This document shows positions 47,459-57,898 of a stretch of DNA of 64,000 nucleotides, piece by piece. Under the pieces are notes generated by a model. It had not been told where the DNA came from and did not search any database. It saw only the letters and a list, made by a program, of their open reading frames with translations. The DNA is from Candidatus Dojkabacteria bacterium (GTDB lineage Bacteria > Patescibacteriota > Dojkabacteria > B142 > OLB20), in NCBI GenBank assembly GCA_030583785.1, contig CP129475.1:850209-914208 (forward strand). The letters are read 5' to 3'. Position numbers and translations under genes: made by a program. Each line of letters opens with the position of its first letter. Within the stretch, counting starts at the first letter, position 1.

Positions 47459-47842
47459 ATGGATGACCAGTGGAAGTCTAAACTAACTCCAGAGCAGTAT
47501 AAGATTATGAGGTTGAAGCAAACAGAGCCGCCTTTCTCTGGAGAGTATAACAAAAACTACAAAGAAGGATCTTACTATTGTGCTGCCTGTCACGAAGAAC
47601 TGTTTTCGTCTACTGCAAAATACGATTCTCAAAGTGGATGGCCAAGTTTTGATCAGCCAAAAAGTAAAGAGGCGGTATTAGAGGTTTCAGATTCTAGCCA
47701 TGGGATGCAGAGAACAGAAGTTGTTTGCAAACGCTGTGGCTCACACCTTGGTCATGTATTCACAGATGGACCTCAGAACACTACAGGATTAAGATACTGC
47801 ATAAACTCTTTGGCTTTAGAATTCAAGCCTGCAAAAGAATAG
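47459..47842 (+). CDS. msrB: peptide-methionine (R)-S-oxide reductase
   Basis: Two CxxC zinc pairs (CAACHEELF / [12 protein letters not shown]) and the catalytic RYCINS. Confidence 0.9.
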   Translation: MDDQWKSKLTPEQYKIMRLKQTEPPFSGEYNKNYKEGSYYCAACHEELFSSTAKYDSQSGWPSFDQPKSKEAVLEVSDSSHGMQRTEVVCKRCGSHLGHVFTDGPQNTTGLRYCINSLALEFKPAKE

Positions 47843-47961
47843 CTATAAGCTTGTTCCCGTCTCTTGACCATCAATAGATAATAAGAGTAGAATCTGCTTA
47901 TAGGATATTTTTATTATGCCTATTTTACTCCCCACTACATTATTTCTAAATCTTTGCTCCC

Positions 47962-50900
47962 GTGCCAAATAAGTCACAACAAAAGCTACTTAATAAAGTC
48001 TTCTCGTTTGTTCTCTCCCTTTCAATGATATTACAGCTGGTAAGTCCAGCATTAGTTTTTGCAGAGACTGAAGTCCCTGCATCAGAACCAGTGCAAGAGA
48101 TAGAATCCGTTTCAGAAGAAGTTAATGAAAATGAATCTCCGGTATTTGAATCTGAAACAGACGAAGATATCGACGAAACCCCGACGCCAGAGACATTGTT
48201 GGAACCAACTTTAGAACCAACAATTGAACCTACTATCGAACCGACTCCAAAAGCAAGTGTCGAATATACAGATGTCGACGGAAGACACACAATTTCTGGA
48301 CTAGAAGCCGGTAGAACATATAGATACTCAGGCGATTCGCGGGTTGCAATCACTTTTAACCAGTTAGAAGAAGGAGACCACTCACTTACAATTAACAAGG
48401 TTCGACTTAACCTAGAAGGAGAAACTGTAAACGGATTTGAATTTACATCAACAATGCAGAATGGAGCTTTTTCTTATGAGATGATTCTTCCAAACCCGTA
48501 CGGTAGCAAGGCAAAAGTTAAATTCAGTGAATCGGTTAGTAATCCAGATTTTAGTGTTGTCAACGATTTCTCTACAGAGCAAGGTTTGGTAACAATCAAT
48601 TCAGATCACTTCACAGTTTTCGTAGTAGTTCCAGATGACATTATTGCTAGTAACATAATCAGTTTCTTTCAACAGGGATGGAGATTAACTTCTGCCGGTA
48701 ATGGATCAGTTGGGCTAGCTTCGGTGGCAGATTATGCAGTCCCTGCAAGTTTCGGACCACATAGTATTAGAATGAATAGGGCAGGCGGTTCTGGACTTAA
48801 CCGCTCGTTTTTGGGTTATTATCAATTCGGTAAAACACTAGCAGAACTAGAAGAAGTATCGTGGAATAGATATACACTAAACGGAACCGACACATATCTA
48901 AACATCTTTATAAGAAATGGATTAAGCACAGCAACTGTTGTTTACAATCCTTCTGTCTCAGCAGGAACATGGCAACAAAGCACTTTTAATAATCTTACCT
49001 CAGGAAACCTTAGCATTCGCATCGGTGGATCATCACAGGCAATCTCTTATACAGATCTAATTGCAAATTTCGGTGATTGGAATATTACCAACGAAACAAC
49101 TTGTATAGGTACTGGAATGGCCTGCCTTAACCCATTAAATTACCGTGTAATCGGCGGAATAGTTATAGTTTCGGGTTCTTCAAGCCCAACTGCTGCTCAG
49201 TCGCATTTTGTTGATGGCGTTACTCTCAAATTTGCAGGTGAAGAAGAATCCTTCTTTGACTTTGTAAACGAGATTCCTTATATGGCCACGATTTACGGAA
49301 CTAAACAAGATACAGATACAAACCCTCTTGCCGACTGGCAGATTAATCTATATGACCAAGAATGGAATCAGATTAACTCTGAGACAACAGATGCGGACGG
49401 TTACTATGAATTTTCTGGACTTGCAGAAGGCGCATATTTAGTTTGTGAAGAAAACAAATCCGGATGGACTCAGGTCGAACCAATGCATTCCAGCTCTGCT
49501 GCAAATGCAACTCCGATCATGAATGTGTCAGAAAATTCTACCTCAGAAGCCTTCTTCTGTTGGAATGTTGAGGTTGTAGAAGAAGACGGATCGGAATTTA
49601 GTGTCGATTTTGTCAACCAACAATTAGCTTCGGCAAGATTTGGTGATTTAACAGTTTGTAAAGTTAACGAGAGCGAACAATCTCTACCAGGCTGGCAAAT
49701 TAATCTTAGTAGGGCTTCTGCCCAGTCACTTGCAGGAGAATTTAATGCTCAAAGCGCTTACGGCTCAAACTTCGGGGATTTCCCAGCCGGAATGTACGAG
49801 ATTACTGTTAGTGGCACATTCAATTTTAAATCTTCTGGTGTAAGAACTGCAGATGCAGGTTACAGCAATAGATCAGAAGCACATCTTCCAGAATGGTTAA
49901 GCGGTTTTCATTGGGTTTCTGCTGGTAATTCGCCAAGAGGACTTTCTCTAAGAATCAACGATATCTGCACAGAATCCAGCTGTTTCGCCGCTAATCCTTT
50001 GAGTGGACTTGTTAACTGGGGACCATATAACCCAAGTCATGCATATACAATTTATTACCTTCACTCCGGAGGTGATTTGCGTTTCTCGATAAGAGATGAT
50101 CAATATACCGATAATTCGGCAGGAAACCTTCAGATCAGCATTAAAGGATATGCAGGTTCTGACACAGATTTTGAATCAACTACAGAGGACGACGGCTGTA
50201 CAACTTTCTCCGATTTATTAATTGGGGATTATTATCTCTCAGAAAGTTTGCAGAAACATTGGCAATTTGTTTCTAGATCAGACGAAGGAGACAACGGCGA
50301 TCTATTTACAGTAGAAGAAGGAGAAAACAATGTTACCTTTACAAACAGAGAACCTTTCATAGAGGCTCCAGTACAAACAGGATATAACCAGAATAATGGT
50401 ACGCCTGCAGGCCAAACTCCATCAGAATTCCTTTGTTTTGGAGGTGTTACAAAGATAAACGGAGTATCAATACTATGGACTCATGATGGTGGAGAAAATG
50501 TTAAATACCAAAGACAATACGCAGTAAACGGGGGCAGTTTTTCTGGAAACGAAATATACACTGGACTTAATACAAACTTTAGAAGCTTTGGAGGTGGAGC
50601 CGGAACTCCAGGAATTTACTCTTCTCGGGTTCGAACTTTTGTCGACGATAACACCAATGGAATCCTTGACGAAGATGAGCTTGTGTCCGAATGGAGCAAT
50701 TCTTGTCAAATCAGATATTTAGTCAGGCAGGAGGTTCCTGAACTTACTGATCTCGAACTATGCAAAGAAGATACTTCAGAAAATCGACTTGGGGGTTGGG
50801 AATTTGAGTATAAAAGAAATGGAGTAGTAATCGAAGGTGAAGATTCTGAAGAACTCGTAAGCAACGCTGCAGGTAAGAATGCAGGCAGTTTTCCAGCAGG

Positions 50901-52392
50901 AATATATAAAATCAATGTTAGAGGAACATATCAGTACGGAAACGCAGTTATGGTTGCCGATGCCGGATATTCTTATCGTCCAAGTAGTATTGTGCTTGGG
51001 AACGATTCGTGGGTAGATGGTAATCAGCTTGGTCTAGCCAATCCTGCTTGGGTCGGGGCTCTCAAAGTAAAGATCAATGGCAACGACATCAACTGGGGAA
51101 TCTATAACAGTGATCATGAATACTCTTATTACTTCGAGCATACGGGAGGAGATATTATATTCTCTATCTTTGATAGTGCTTATGGAGATAACCAGAATAT
51201 TGATTTGGTTGTTGAGATTGAAGAAAGTACTGGAACGGTTTATACAAACGAGGACGGATGCACTTCAGTAGAAGGGTTGTTGCCCGGTGCATATATGATC
51301 ACAGAGACAATTCCGATGAACTGGCAATTTGTCTCAAGATCGGACGAGCGCAACAATGGCGATGAATTTATCCTTGATTCCGAAAATAATAGTCTAATTT
51401 TTACTAACGAACAGCAACTAGGCGAGATCAGCGGTTACAAGTTTAACGACCTTAACAATAATGGAATATGGGATGATGACGAACCTGTATTACCTGGTTG
51501 GACAATCGTTCTTAGAGACTCAGGATTCGGACTGGAGCCTGTAGCATTTAGTACGGCCGAAGTTGATAATACAGCTGTTACAAATGAACTTGGTTTCTAT
51601 AGCTTCACAGATCTCGAATTCGGAGAGTACGAAGTCTGTGAAATTCAGCAAGATGGTTGGAGTCAGACCTTACCCACAGATAACGGCTGTTACAATGTCT
51701 TTATTGATTCTGAAGGGCAAGTATACTCAAATCTTAATTTCGGTAACTACCTTCTACCAGTAGACGAAGAAGAAGAGGAGGAAGAAGAGGAAGAAGGCGA
51801 AGGATCTTCTGAAGGCGAAAATGGAAACGAAGAGACCAACCAGAACAACACAGGAACTACAACTACTCAAACAAGGACATTTACAACCACAACCCTAATT
51901 ACTGAATCTGAAACAGAAGCAGAAGAAGACGAGGGAGAAGTTCTAGGAGCACAGACTTGTGAAGAAACAAGTGTTCTTAGTGGTTCTGTCTATAACGACG
52001 AAAACTCGAATAATACTAAAGACGAAGATGAAAGATCTTTTGCTGGAGTAAAGGTAAGCATATATGCTTGGGTAAGAAACGAAGATGGAGCGCTTGAGAG
52101 AGTTCTTGTAAAGCAAGTCACTACAGACGAAAAAGGCGAGTGGGAAGCCCAGCTTTGCGCAGGTAAGTACGAAGTTGAAATTGCAGATAAACTTCCGGAG
52201 GGTTACGAAGTATCCGGCGACTCTGTACTAGAGGTAGATCTAGGAGAAGATGCAGAAGTTAAGGGAGCAGATTTTGTTCTCGAGCAAATCGAAGAGGCAG
52301 GCTTTAGCTTCTGGAATCTGTGTCCCACATTATTATTAATAGGTTTTATTATCTTGTTGCTTTACCTTCTCTTTAGAAGGAAGAGTAGCTAA
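47962..52392 (+). CDS. giant (1476 aa) secreted repeat protein with internal ~230-aa duplication, SdrD-B/CnaB-like modules, poly-Glu linker and C-terminal hydrophobic anchor
   Basis: Signal peptide and (EPTx)n repeats. Duplicated blocks (...WQFVSRSDEGDNGDLFTVEEGENNVTFTN vs ...WQFVSRSDERNNGDEFILDSENNSLIFTN). D-x-N-x-N-G-x-x-D-x-x-E...GV motifs, an E10 stretch, and a terminal TM + RRK. Confidence 0.75.
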   Translation: MPNKSQQKLLNKVFSFVLSLSMILQLVSPALVFAETEVPASEPVQEIESVSEEVNENESPVFESETDEDIDETPTPETLLEPTLEPTIEPTIEPTPKASVEYTDVDGRHTISGLEAGRTYRYSGDSRVAITFNQLEEGDHSLTINKVRLNLEGETVNGFEFTSTMQNGAFSYEMILPNPYGSKAKVKFSESVSNPDFSVVNDFSTEQGLVTINSDHFTVFVVVPDDIIASNIISFFQQGWRLTSAGNGSVGLASVADYAVPASFGPHSIRMNRAGGSGLNRSFLGYYQFGKTLAELEEVSWNRYTLNGTDTYLNIFIRNGLSTATVVYNPSVSAGTWQQSTFNNLTSGNLSIRIGGSSQAISYTDLIANFGDWNITNETTCIGTGMACLNPLNYRVIGGIVIVSGSSSPTAAQSHFVDGVTLKFAGEEESFFDFVNEIPYMATIYGTKQDTDTNPLADWQINLYDQEWNQINSETTDADGYYEFSGLAEGAYLVCEENKSGWTQVEPMHSSSAANATPIMNVSENSTSEAFFCWNVEVVEEDGSEFSVDFVNQQLASARFGDLTVCKVNESEQSLPGWQINLSRASAQSLAGEFNAQSAYGSNFGDFPAGMYEITVSGTFNFKSSGVRTADAGYSNRSEAHLPEWLSGFHWVSAGNSPRGLSLRINDICTESSCFAANPLSGLVNWGPYNPSHAYTIYYLHSGGDLRFSIRDDQYTDNSAGNLQISIKGYAGSDTDFESTTEDDGCTTFSDLLIGDYYLSESLQKHWQFVSRSDEGDNGDLFTVEEGENNVTFTNREPFIEAPVQTGYNQNNGTPAGQTPSEFLCFGGVTKINGVSILWTHDGGENVKYQRQYAVNGGSFSGNEIYTGLNTNFRSFGGGAGTPGIYSSRVRTFVDDNTNGILDEDELVSEWSNSCQIRYLVRQEVPELTDLELCKEDTSENRLGGWEFEYKRNGVVIEGEDSEELVSNAAGKNAGSFPAGIYKINVRGTYQYGNAVMVADAGYSYRPSSIVLGNDSWVDGNQLGLANPAWVGALKVKINGNDINWGIYNSDHEYSYYFEHTGGDIIFSIFDSAYGDNQNIDLVVEIEESTGTVYTNEDGCTSVEGLLPGAYMITETIPMNWQFVSRSDERNNGDEFILDSENNSLIFTNEQQLGEISGYKFNDLNNNGIWDDDEPVLPGWTIVLRDSGFGLEPVAFSTAEVDNTAVTNELGFYSFTDLEFGEYEVCEIQQDGWSQTLPTDNGCYNVFIDSEGQVYSNLNFGNYLLPVDEEEEEEEEEEGEGSSEGENGNEETNQNNTGTTTTQTRTFTTTTLITESETEAEEDEGEVLGAQTCEETSVLSGSVYNDENSNNTKDEDERSFAGVKVSIYAWVRNEDGALERVLVKQVTTDEKGEWEAQLCAGKYEVEIADKLPEGYEVSGDSVLEVDLGEDAEVKGADFVLEQIEEAGFSFWNLCPTLLLIGFIILLLYLLFRRKSS
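48202..48249. repeat. 15-nt tandem repeats (gaaccaac-w-w-t-y-ga) encoding EPTLEPTIEPTIEPT
   Basis: Read directly from the sequence. Confidence 0.8.
51764..51805. repeat. GAA/GAG-rich low-complexity tract encoding poly-Glu linker
   Basis: The tract gacgaagaagaagaggaggaagaagaggaagaaggcgaagga is read directly from the sequence. Confidence 0.8.
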
Positions 52393-52413
52393 GGGTAAAG
52401 AGGGGCTTGGTGA

Positions 52414-53073
52414 TTAGGGTTCTATTTGAAAAATATTCCTATTTTCTTGAAGATAATCCCAAGCCCTGTCAAAGTCACCTGATGCTAGGTGTAAAAATAA
52501 TTGAATTAATTCTTTCCCCTCATTAGTTATGAGGTAGTTATTTACATTAGGATTGTTTTCGTTACTTAGATATCTAGCTAATTTGATGGCGATTACTTCA
52601 GTGTACAATTCGGTTAACTTCAGTGCTTGATTCTCTCCACCAAGGTATTCAGTGTTTGCATGTTGCATATCTGGAGTGGTAATTGTCGATAAGTTTGCTG
52701 AATATACAGCTGCTGTCTTTCCGTTTGAAGGTCTACGAGCAGATAGTGGTTTAATGTCTTCTTCATCGGCACCATAAATACTGTGAAAACCAGTTACCAT
52801 TGTGTAGCTTCCATCTTCCTCTTGGTGATAACTAGTTGTAGCTCCATGTACTAGTTCGTGTACAAGGGCAAGAGGCTTTCTTTCTGGAATAATGCTTCTT
52901 GCGATTACTACAGCATCCCAGTTTACAACATATTGTCCATTAACAGCATCGTTTTCGATGCCAAGTACATCTCTTGCCTCAGCTTCATCAACTAGGAATA
53001 CTCTCGGAAGAGCTTTTTGTATAGCAGCTTTCTTTGCCAATCCGTTAATAAGGAGGCTTACTTTGTTAACCAT
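52414..53073 (-). CDS. hypothetical HExxH-motif protein (putative zinc metallopeptidase-like)
   Basis: 219 aa with LALVHELVHGATTSYHQEEDGSY. Confidence 0.4.
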   Translation of the reverse strand: MVNKVSLLINGLAKKAAIQKALPRVFLVDEAEARDVLGIENDAVNGQYVVNWDAVVIARSIIPERKPLALVHELVHGATTSYHQEEDGSYTMVTGFHSIYGADEEDIKPLSARRPSNGKTAAVYSANLSTITTPDMQHANTEYLGGENQALKLTELYTEVIAIKLARYLSNENNPNVNNYLITNEGKELIQLFLHLASGDFDRAWDYLQENRNIFQIEP

Positions 53074-53228
53074 TCCAATAATATGGTGCTCAATACTACC
53101 AGGCTTAAAATCGGTTCTTTTTAACGGTGTCTCGGTTGTTGTGTATGTTGGGCATACTTGATACTAGTAATATATATTCATTATATCAACAATTGACAAT
53201 CGAATCAACCCTGAACTATTCTATTACC

Positions 53229-54182
53229 ATGTCAGATCCATCATGCGAATTATGCAATAAAATATTAGGTGCTGTTGTTGGCCATGCTTGTGGTGATTAC
53301 TTAGGTATGCCAGTTGAATTTAAATCGAAACCAGAACAAGTTGTTGATTTCTTTGGCGAATTAGGGATTCGTCCTTTAACAGTTCTGGCTCGAGGTCATA
53401 AAACAGCCGGTTTCTACACTGATGATACCGCCATGATGCTCTGTCTTGCGCAGAGCCTTATTGATAAGGGCTTTGATACAAGAGATCAATTCGAGAAGTA
53501 TAAGTCTTGGGCGTTTAATGGATATATGTCTGCTGATAATAAGCAATCATATGGTATAGGACAGAATACTTTACGCAAACTCCTTCGGCAGGGTGTGGAT
53601 AATATTCCCACAAAAATTGAGAACAATAATAAAGAGGGTGGAAATGGGGCTTTGATGAGATGTCTGCCTATAGGGATCGTCTACTTTCAAGAGATCGATC
53701 AGGTCGTCGAAAAAAGTGTTCTCTCTGCGCTTGTTACTCACAACAATGATATAGCAGTTTGGTCAACCGTAGTATTTAATACTTTTGTTTCGTACTCTCT
53801 TAAGGGACTTAACAAAGATGCTTTCCTCGATAGGTTTTTTGCAGAACACTTTTATAGAGATCTTCCAGAAGATATAAAAACGCTTCTACAAAAACTTCAA
53901 GTTCGAAACGAACAGGATATCTCCAATACAGGATACTCTCTAAATACTTTAGAAATTGCCTTAGTTTCGTTCTTTAGCACAGACCAACTAGATGACGCAA
54001 TTAAAATGGCTATTGGTTTTGCTGGGGATACGGATACACAAGGTGCTGTTACAGGGGGACTTGCTGGCGCGTACTATGGTTATAACTCAATCCCAAACAA
54101 TTGGGTAGAAAGCTTGCAGAATCGCGAAATGATTATAAATATTGCTCAAAATCTTTGTGCTATTTCCTCGAAAAAGAATTAG
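53229..54182 (+). CDS. ADP-ribosylglycohydrolase (ARH/DraG) family protein
   Basis: GAVVGHACGDYLGMPVEF...FYTDDTAMMLCLAQSL and C-terminal GDTDTQGAVTGGLAGAYYG match ARH metal-binding motifs. The ATG at 53229 was chosen because the tracked ORF's 34-aa 5' extension overlaps the upstream gene. Confidence 0.75.
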   Translation: MSDPSCELCNKILGAVVGHACGDYLGMPVEFKSKPEQVVDFFGELGIRPLTVLARGHKTAGFYTDDTAMMLCLAQSLIDKGFDTRDQFEKYKSWAFNGYMSADNKQSYGIGQNTLRKLLRQGVDNIPTKIENNNKEGGNGALMRCLPIGIVYFQEIDQVVEKSVLSALVTHNNDIAVWSTVVFNTFVSYSLKGLNKDAFLDRFFAEHFYRDLPEDIKTLLQKLQVRNEQDISNTGYSLNTLEIALVSFFSTDQLDDAIKMAIGFAGDTDTQGAVTGGLAGAYYGYNSIPNNWVESLQNREMIINIAQNLCAISSKKN

Positions 54183-54217
54183 AATAATTGTAATAGTTAA
54201 TTATTAATTAATTCCTT

Positions 54218-54919
54218 ATGGATCCCCAGTCAACTGAGAGTATTGATTCTAAACCAAGTAGCGATCAGAGAAAGATTATCATTTTCTTAGTTCTAGGATT
54301 TTTCGCTGGTTTATTAGTGGCATTGCTGGCATTTGCTTTATTTATGCTTGCCAATCAAAACAACAAGATGGACATTGTAGATGATCAGAAAGACGAAGTT
54401 GCCACAGAAGAAGAGACAGATTCCAAAGAAGATGATGAAGACAAGATCGAAGACGAGGAAGAAGTGTTAGAGCCAACATCTACTGCTCAACCAAGTGTAG
54501 CAAAGCTTAAGCTGTTTGTACTAAAAAGTCCTGAATCTTCAGATGATTTCGATGCAGTCTTTACTGTGCAAAGGACAACAACCAGAGCAGATGTTGCAAC
54601 TTTCATAATTGAGCAGTACATAACCGGTTTAACTCCAGAGGAACAAGCGCAGGGCTATTATATCCCCGGTGCAAATCTTAATCTGCTTGGTTCTTCAAAT
54701 TGCGGCGGTAAGGATTTTACTATTAAGGTCAGTTCCGGAGTCGGAACCCTGAAGTTCTGCAAACAAATGATGGGTATCGGAGGAATTATGGATCAACAAT
54801 TAGTGCAAATCTTAAAGAAAAGTTTAGAACAGTTCTCTACAATTAATAAAGCCGTTATTCTAGATAGTAACGACAACTGTCTATTCGATATGAGCGATCT
54901 GAATCTTTGTAAAGACTAG
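54218..54919 (+). CDS. hypothetical membrane-anchored protein with acidic linker
   Basis: 233 aa with an N-terminal TM, an Asp/Glu-rich linker, and a C-terminal ~130-aa domain containing 4 Cys. Confidence 0.4.
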   Translation: MDPQSTESIDSKPSSDQRKIIIFLVLGFFAGLLVALLAFALFMLANQNNKMDIVDDQKDEVATEEETDSKEDDEDKIEDEEEVLEPTSTAQPSVAKLKLFVLKSPESSDDFDAVFTVQRTTTRADVATFIIEQYITGLTPEEQAQGYYIPGANLNLLGSSNCGGKDFTIKVSSGVGTLKFCKQMMGIGGIMDQQLVQILKKSLEQFSTINKAVILDSNDNCLFDMSDLNLCKD

Positions 54920-55569
54920 CCAGTTAGTTTCTTGATAGTCTCTAAAACTTGTTTCCAGTCTTTGCAGGGGTATACATTTTTTGCAGAAACCTCATCAGGG
55001 TAATTGTATAGGAATATCTTTCCTTGGTAGTCTTTGTCTAGAGATTTAACAATTCCGGGATTATCGTCAACAATACCCATTATTTCTGGGTAAAGGTAAT
55101 TTAAGACATCGGCCTTCCACATGTTGCCCGAAAGTGTCGAAACATAATCAGGTTTAGCAATAACAGTTGCTTTTGGAAATCCGTGTTGGTTTAGCCATTT
55201 TCGAGTTCCTGCAACAACTCCCACAGGTCTTACTGTAATATAGGCAACTATTGGGATAATCTCGTTAATCTTATTCACAGTCTCAACAGCTCCGTCAATT
55301 AGGGGAAGTCGAGTTTGTAGTTCATTTGAATTGCGCAACTCTTCTAGAAAGGCCTGGGTCTCTTCGTTTTGCCAGTAAGGAACATTATGTGTATAGCGGT
55401 ATTTATTGATTACTTCAGCAACTGTTAGATTCTCAGGATTTCCAAATTCCGCAAACAGATTCTCGATAAAGTGATCTATTGTTCTTGATAGGGTTTCGTC
55501 TATATCTAGGGCAAGTCCTGGAGACTGATTTTTAAGTTCTTGCTTCAGTTCGAAAGTGGATTTGAGCAT
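54916..55569 (-). CDS. HAD-superfamily hydrolase (5'(3')-deoxyribonucleotidase-like)
   Basis: Motif I LALDIDETLS (DxDxT); 217 aa. Confidence 0.55.
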   Translation of the reverse strand: MLKSTFELKQELKNQSPGLALDIDETLSRTIDHFIENLFAEFGNPENLTVAEVINKYRYTHNVPYWQNEETQAFLEELRNSNELQTRLPLIDGAVETVNKINEIIPIVAYITVRPVGVVAGTRKWLNQHGFPKATVIAKPDYVSTLSGNMWKADVLNYLYPEIMGIVDDNPGIVKSLDKDYQGKIFLYNYPDEVSAKNVYPCKDWKQVLETIKKLTG

Positions 55570-55613
55570 AAGTGATTATAACATGGCGCAATCGCAAACT
55601 GTCGTAGCCTGGT

Positions 55614-57851
55614 TTAGGAAGCAACATCGGTTTTTCTGGCTCTATCAAAATCAATTATCCGAACAATAGGAATCCATTCATCAGGATCGTCTAACCATAC
55701 TCGAGGATCAAAGCTAATTGTTTCTGTTGATTCGTCTTCTATCTCTAGGAATTCTTCAGAGTTGATGTTTCTGGGACTGCCATCTTTTTTGGTTAAATGA
55801 CTCCTGCGAACGAACTCGATTGTGAAATTCTCGAGATGTGGGTGACCATGGTCTATCCCGTTTTGAATTAACATGTTGTTAATTCTAGGGAGTTCAGTTG
55901 TTGCTAGAGCGTAAACTGTTTTGATTTCTTCATCAGAATAACCGCCTTCTTCCATAAGGGATAATAATGTTGGAAATGTAAAGCCACTGTATACGGTATA
56001 AACCCTTCCTTCTTGACTCTGACCTTTGTTCGAATATCTTCGAACAATTATTTCGGTTGGCAACGCTGGCGATCCACCTTCTTTGGAAAAGAAGGGGTTG
56101 ATTTTAGAGGCTTCTTGCCACACATCGTTTGAAGCTTCGTTTGCTGTACGGATAATTATTCCATGAGCATCTCCTCCGACAACTATTTCCAGTTTTGATC
56201 CAGTTTTTGCTATCTCCAGTATCTGTTGAGGTGGATCGCCCTTTATAAGATTTATGATCTTTGGGTGTAATATTCCGTAATGATTTATAAATAAATTTAT
56301 AAATCTTAGCTCTGCATAGTCAAGAGTATTAAGTATTGTATAGAGATCAGAAACAACTGAGGTTTCTTGTTGCTCTTCACTAATTAGACTTCTTTGAAGA
56401 ATATTCTCTCTTAATATTGAAGTGATCAGGACATGTTTTAATTCTCCTGGTCTTCTTGAGAATGGCGCGTCCTCTTTCTCACGGTATTCTGTAATGGCTT
56501 TATCAAGATCAGATTCAGATAGATTTAATGCTCTTTGGAATCCATTTCTATATTTCTGGGAATAGAATCCGCTAGATCTATCAAGTAAATCGACTGTTTC
56601 ATTAAGAAGTCTGGCATAGACATCTCTATGTATTTCATCCTCAATAGCTGTGATGTCTTCACCTACATACTCGTCTTCAACCGATTCTCTTATCTTTTGA
56701 ACTAGATCAGAGATATATATTTCTGTAATTTCTTCTGTTTCAATAACCTCTTTAGTTTCTGGATTTAGGATTGTAATATAGTTACATATATTCAACCAAG
56801 TAATTTTTGCTTGGATTGCTAGGCTGGTTCTTGAAACCTTTAAGGAGATTCTATCTCTTAGTTTCTTTTCAAAGATTGTTTTCAGTGATCTGAAAGTTTC
56901 AATATTTTTTGAAAACAATTGTGCAACTGTAGTGAAATTCTCACCTAGATTTCTAATCGATTGCCCATCGAGGTATTTTGTAAATAGTTTAGTTGCAAGC
57001 TCACGATTATTACATCGTATTAATTGGTTAAACAATGGGATCAGTTGCTCTATAGGGCTTTCAATTGGTGTTGTATTTAATCGAAAATCACTTAGAAATC
57101 CTTCAAGCTTATGATAAAAGTCGTCGGTCGGTGATTCCGGCATCATAGCAATGACATCTGCAAATAATGCAAGAGTGTTTCTTGATGTCTCCGGTTTTAT
57201 CGGCACTCTAAGACTTGATAGCCGAGTTTTGTTTAAATAAAAAAGAGTAGCCTCAAATATTGCTTGCTGTTGATCGCAGTTCATGTTGACTATTCTCATA
57301 ATTTTTATCAATTCGTCTACTTCAGGATGGGAGATTCCTTCGAAACTGTCACCGTCTACTTCAGATGTGGTTTGCAAACTTTTCAGTGCTTCAAGTATTA
57401 GCATGGACTCTCCTCGGCTTGATAACGCAATCGCCAATTTCGGATTCTTAACTAACAAAAACTCACTAAGGTGGCGATTATTTAGGTTGGCCTTGTTAAT
57501 TGAAGCTAAAACCTCTTCTGCTAAACCACTTTCAACTGCAGTTGTTAAAAAACTGCTTTCGTCTCTTTCAGACAATAAGCTTGGCTTAATAAGAAAAGTA
57601 TCACCAGGATTCGTATTTATTTCTGACAATCTAGAAATAATGTCTTCTCTGCAAGCGTGCAACGCTTGTGAGGATCTTTCCCTTGCAGACAATAATGCTT
57701 CGGGGTCAATTGATTGTTCTAAATCTAAACTTGCCTCTGTTGTTTCTGGTGGTTGGTATGATCCCATAGAAAAGTAGCTACTTTTATTGGAATATAGTAA
57801 CATATAAACCACGTTTTGATAGTTTCTTCTTAATTGCCTCTCTATTGACAA
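55614..57851 (-). CDS. large cytoplasmic protein with C-terminal atypical protein-kinase-like domain
   Basis: 745 aa with a ~500-aa helical N-terminal region. The C-terminus has GGDAHG (GxGxxG-like), a GIDHGHPHLENF catalytic-loop-like segment (HGH in place of HxD) and IIDFDRA (DFD). Confidence 0.45.
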   Translation of the reverse strand: MSIERQLRRNYQNVVYMLLYSNKSSYFSMGSYQPPETTEASLDLEQSIDPEALLSARERSSQALHACREDIISRLSEINTNPGDTFLIKPSLLSERDESSFLTTAVESGLAEEVLASINKANLNNRHLSEFLLVKNPKLAIALSSRGESMLILEALKSLQTTSEVDGDSFEGISHPEVDELIKIMRIVNMNCDQQQAIFEATLFYLNKTRLSSLRVPIKPETSRNTLALFADVIAMMPESPTDDFYHKLEGFLSDFRLNTTPIESPIEQLIPLFNQLIRCNNRELATKLFTKYLDGQSIRNLGENFTTVAQLFSKNIETFRSLKTIFEKKLRDRISLKVSRTSLAIQAKITWLNICNYITILNPETKEVIETEEITEIYISDLVQKIRESVEDEYVGEDITAIEDEIHRDVYARLLNETVDLLDRSSGFYSQKYRNGFQRALNLSESDLDKAITEYREKEDAPFSRRPGELKHVLITSILRENILQRSLISEEQQETSVVSDLYTILNTLDYAELRFINLFINHYGILHPKIINLIKGDPPQQILEIAKTGSKLEIVVGGDAHGIIIRTANEASNDVWQEASKINPFFSKEGGSPALPTEIIVRRYSNKGQSQEGRVYTVYSGFTFPTLLSLMEEGGYSDEEIKTVYALATTELPRINNMLIQNGIDHGHPHLENFTIEFVRRSHLTKKDGSPRNINSEEFLEIEDESTETISFDPRVWLDDPDEWIPIVRIIDFDRARKTDVAS

Positions 57852-57898
57852 CCCTATCCAGCCGCAGTAGACTGTGGATAATTGTTAATCCGCTTGCT

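Noticed and set aside
52300-52392. PGF-CTERM/PEP-CTERM or sortase signal at the C-terminus of the 1476-aa protein (AGFSFW...)
   Set aside because: The residues read A-G-F, not P-G-F or PEP, and there is no LAXTG/LPXTG; it is treated as a plain C-terminal TM anchor.
57283-57777. 164-aa plus-strand ORF (also 59670..60116 and 62110..62331 / 62905..63177 on the plus strand)
   Set aside because: They are antisense and nested within longer, well-supported genes (the kinase-like protein, the methyltransferase and ABC-F).
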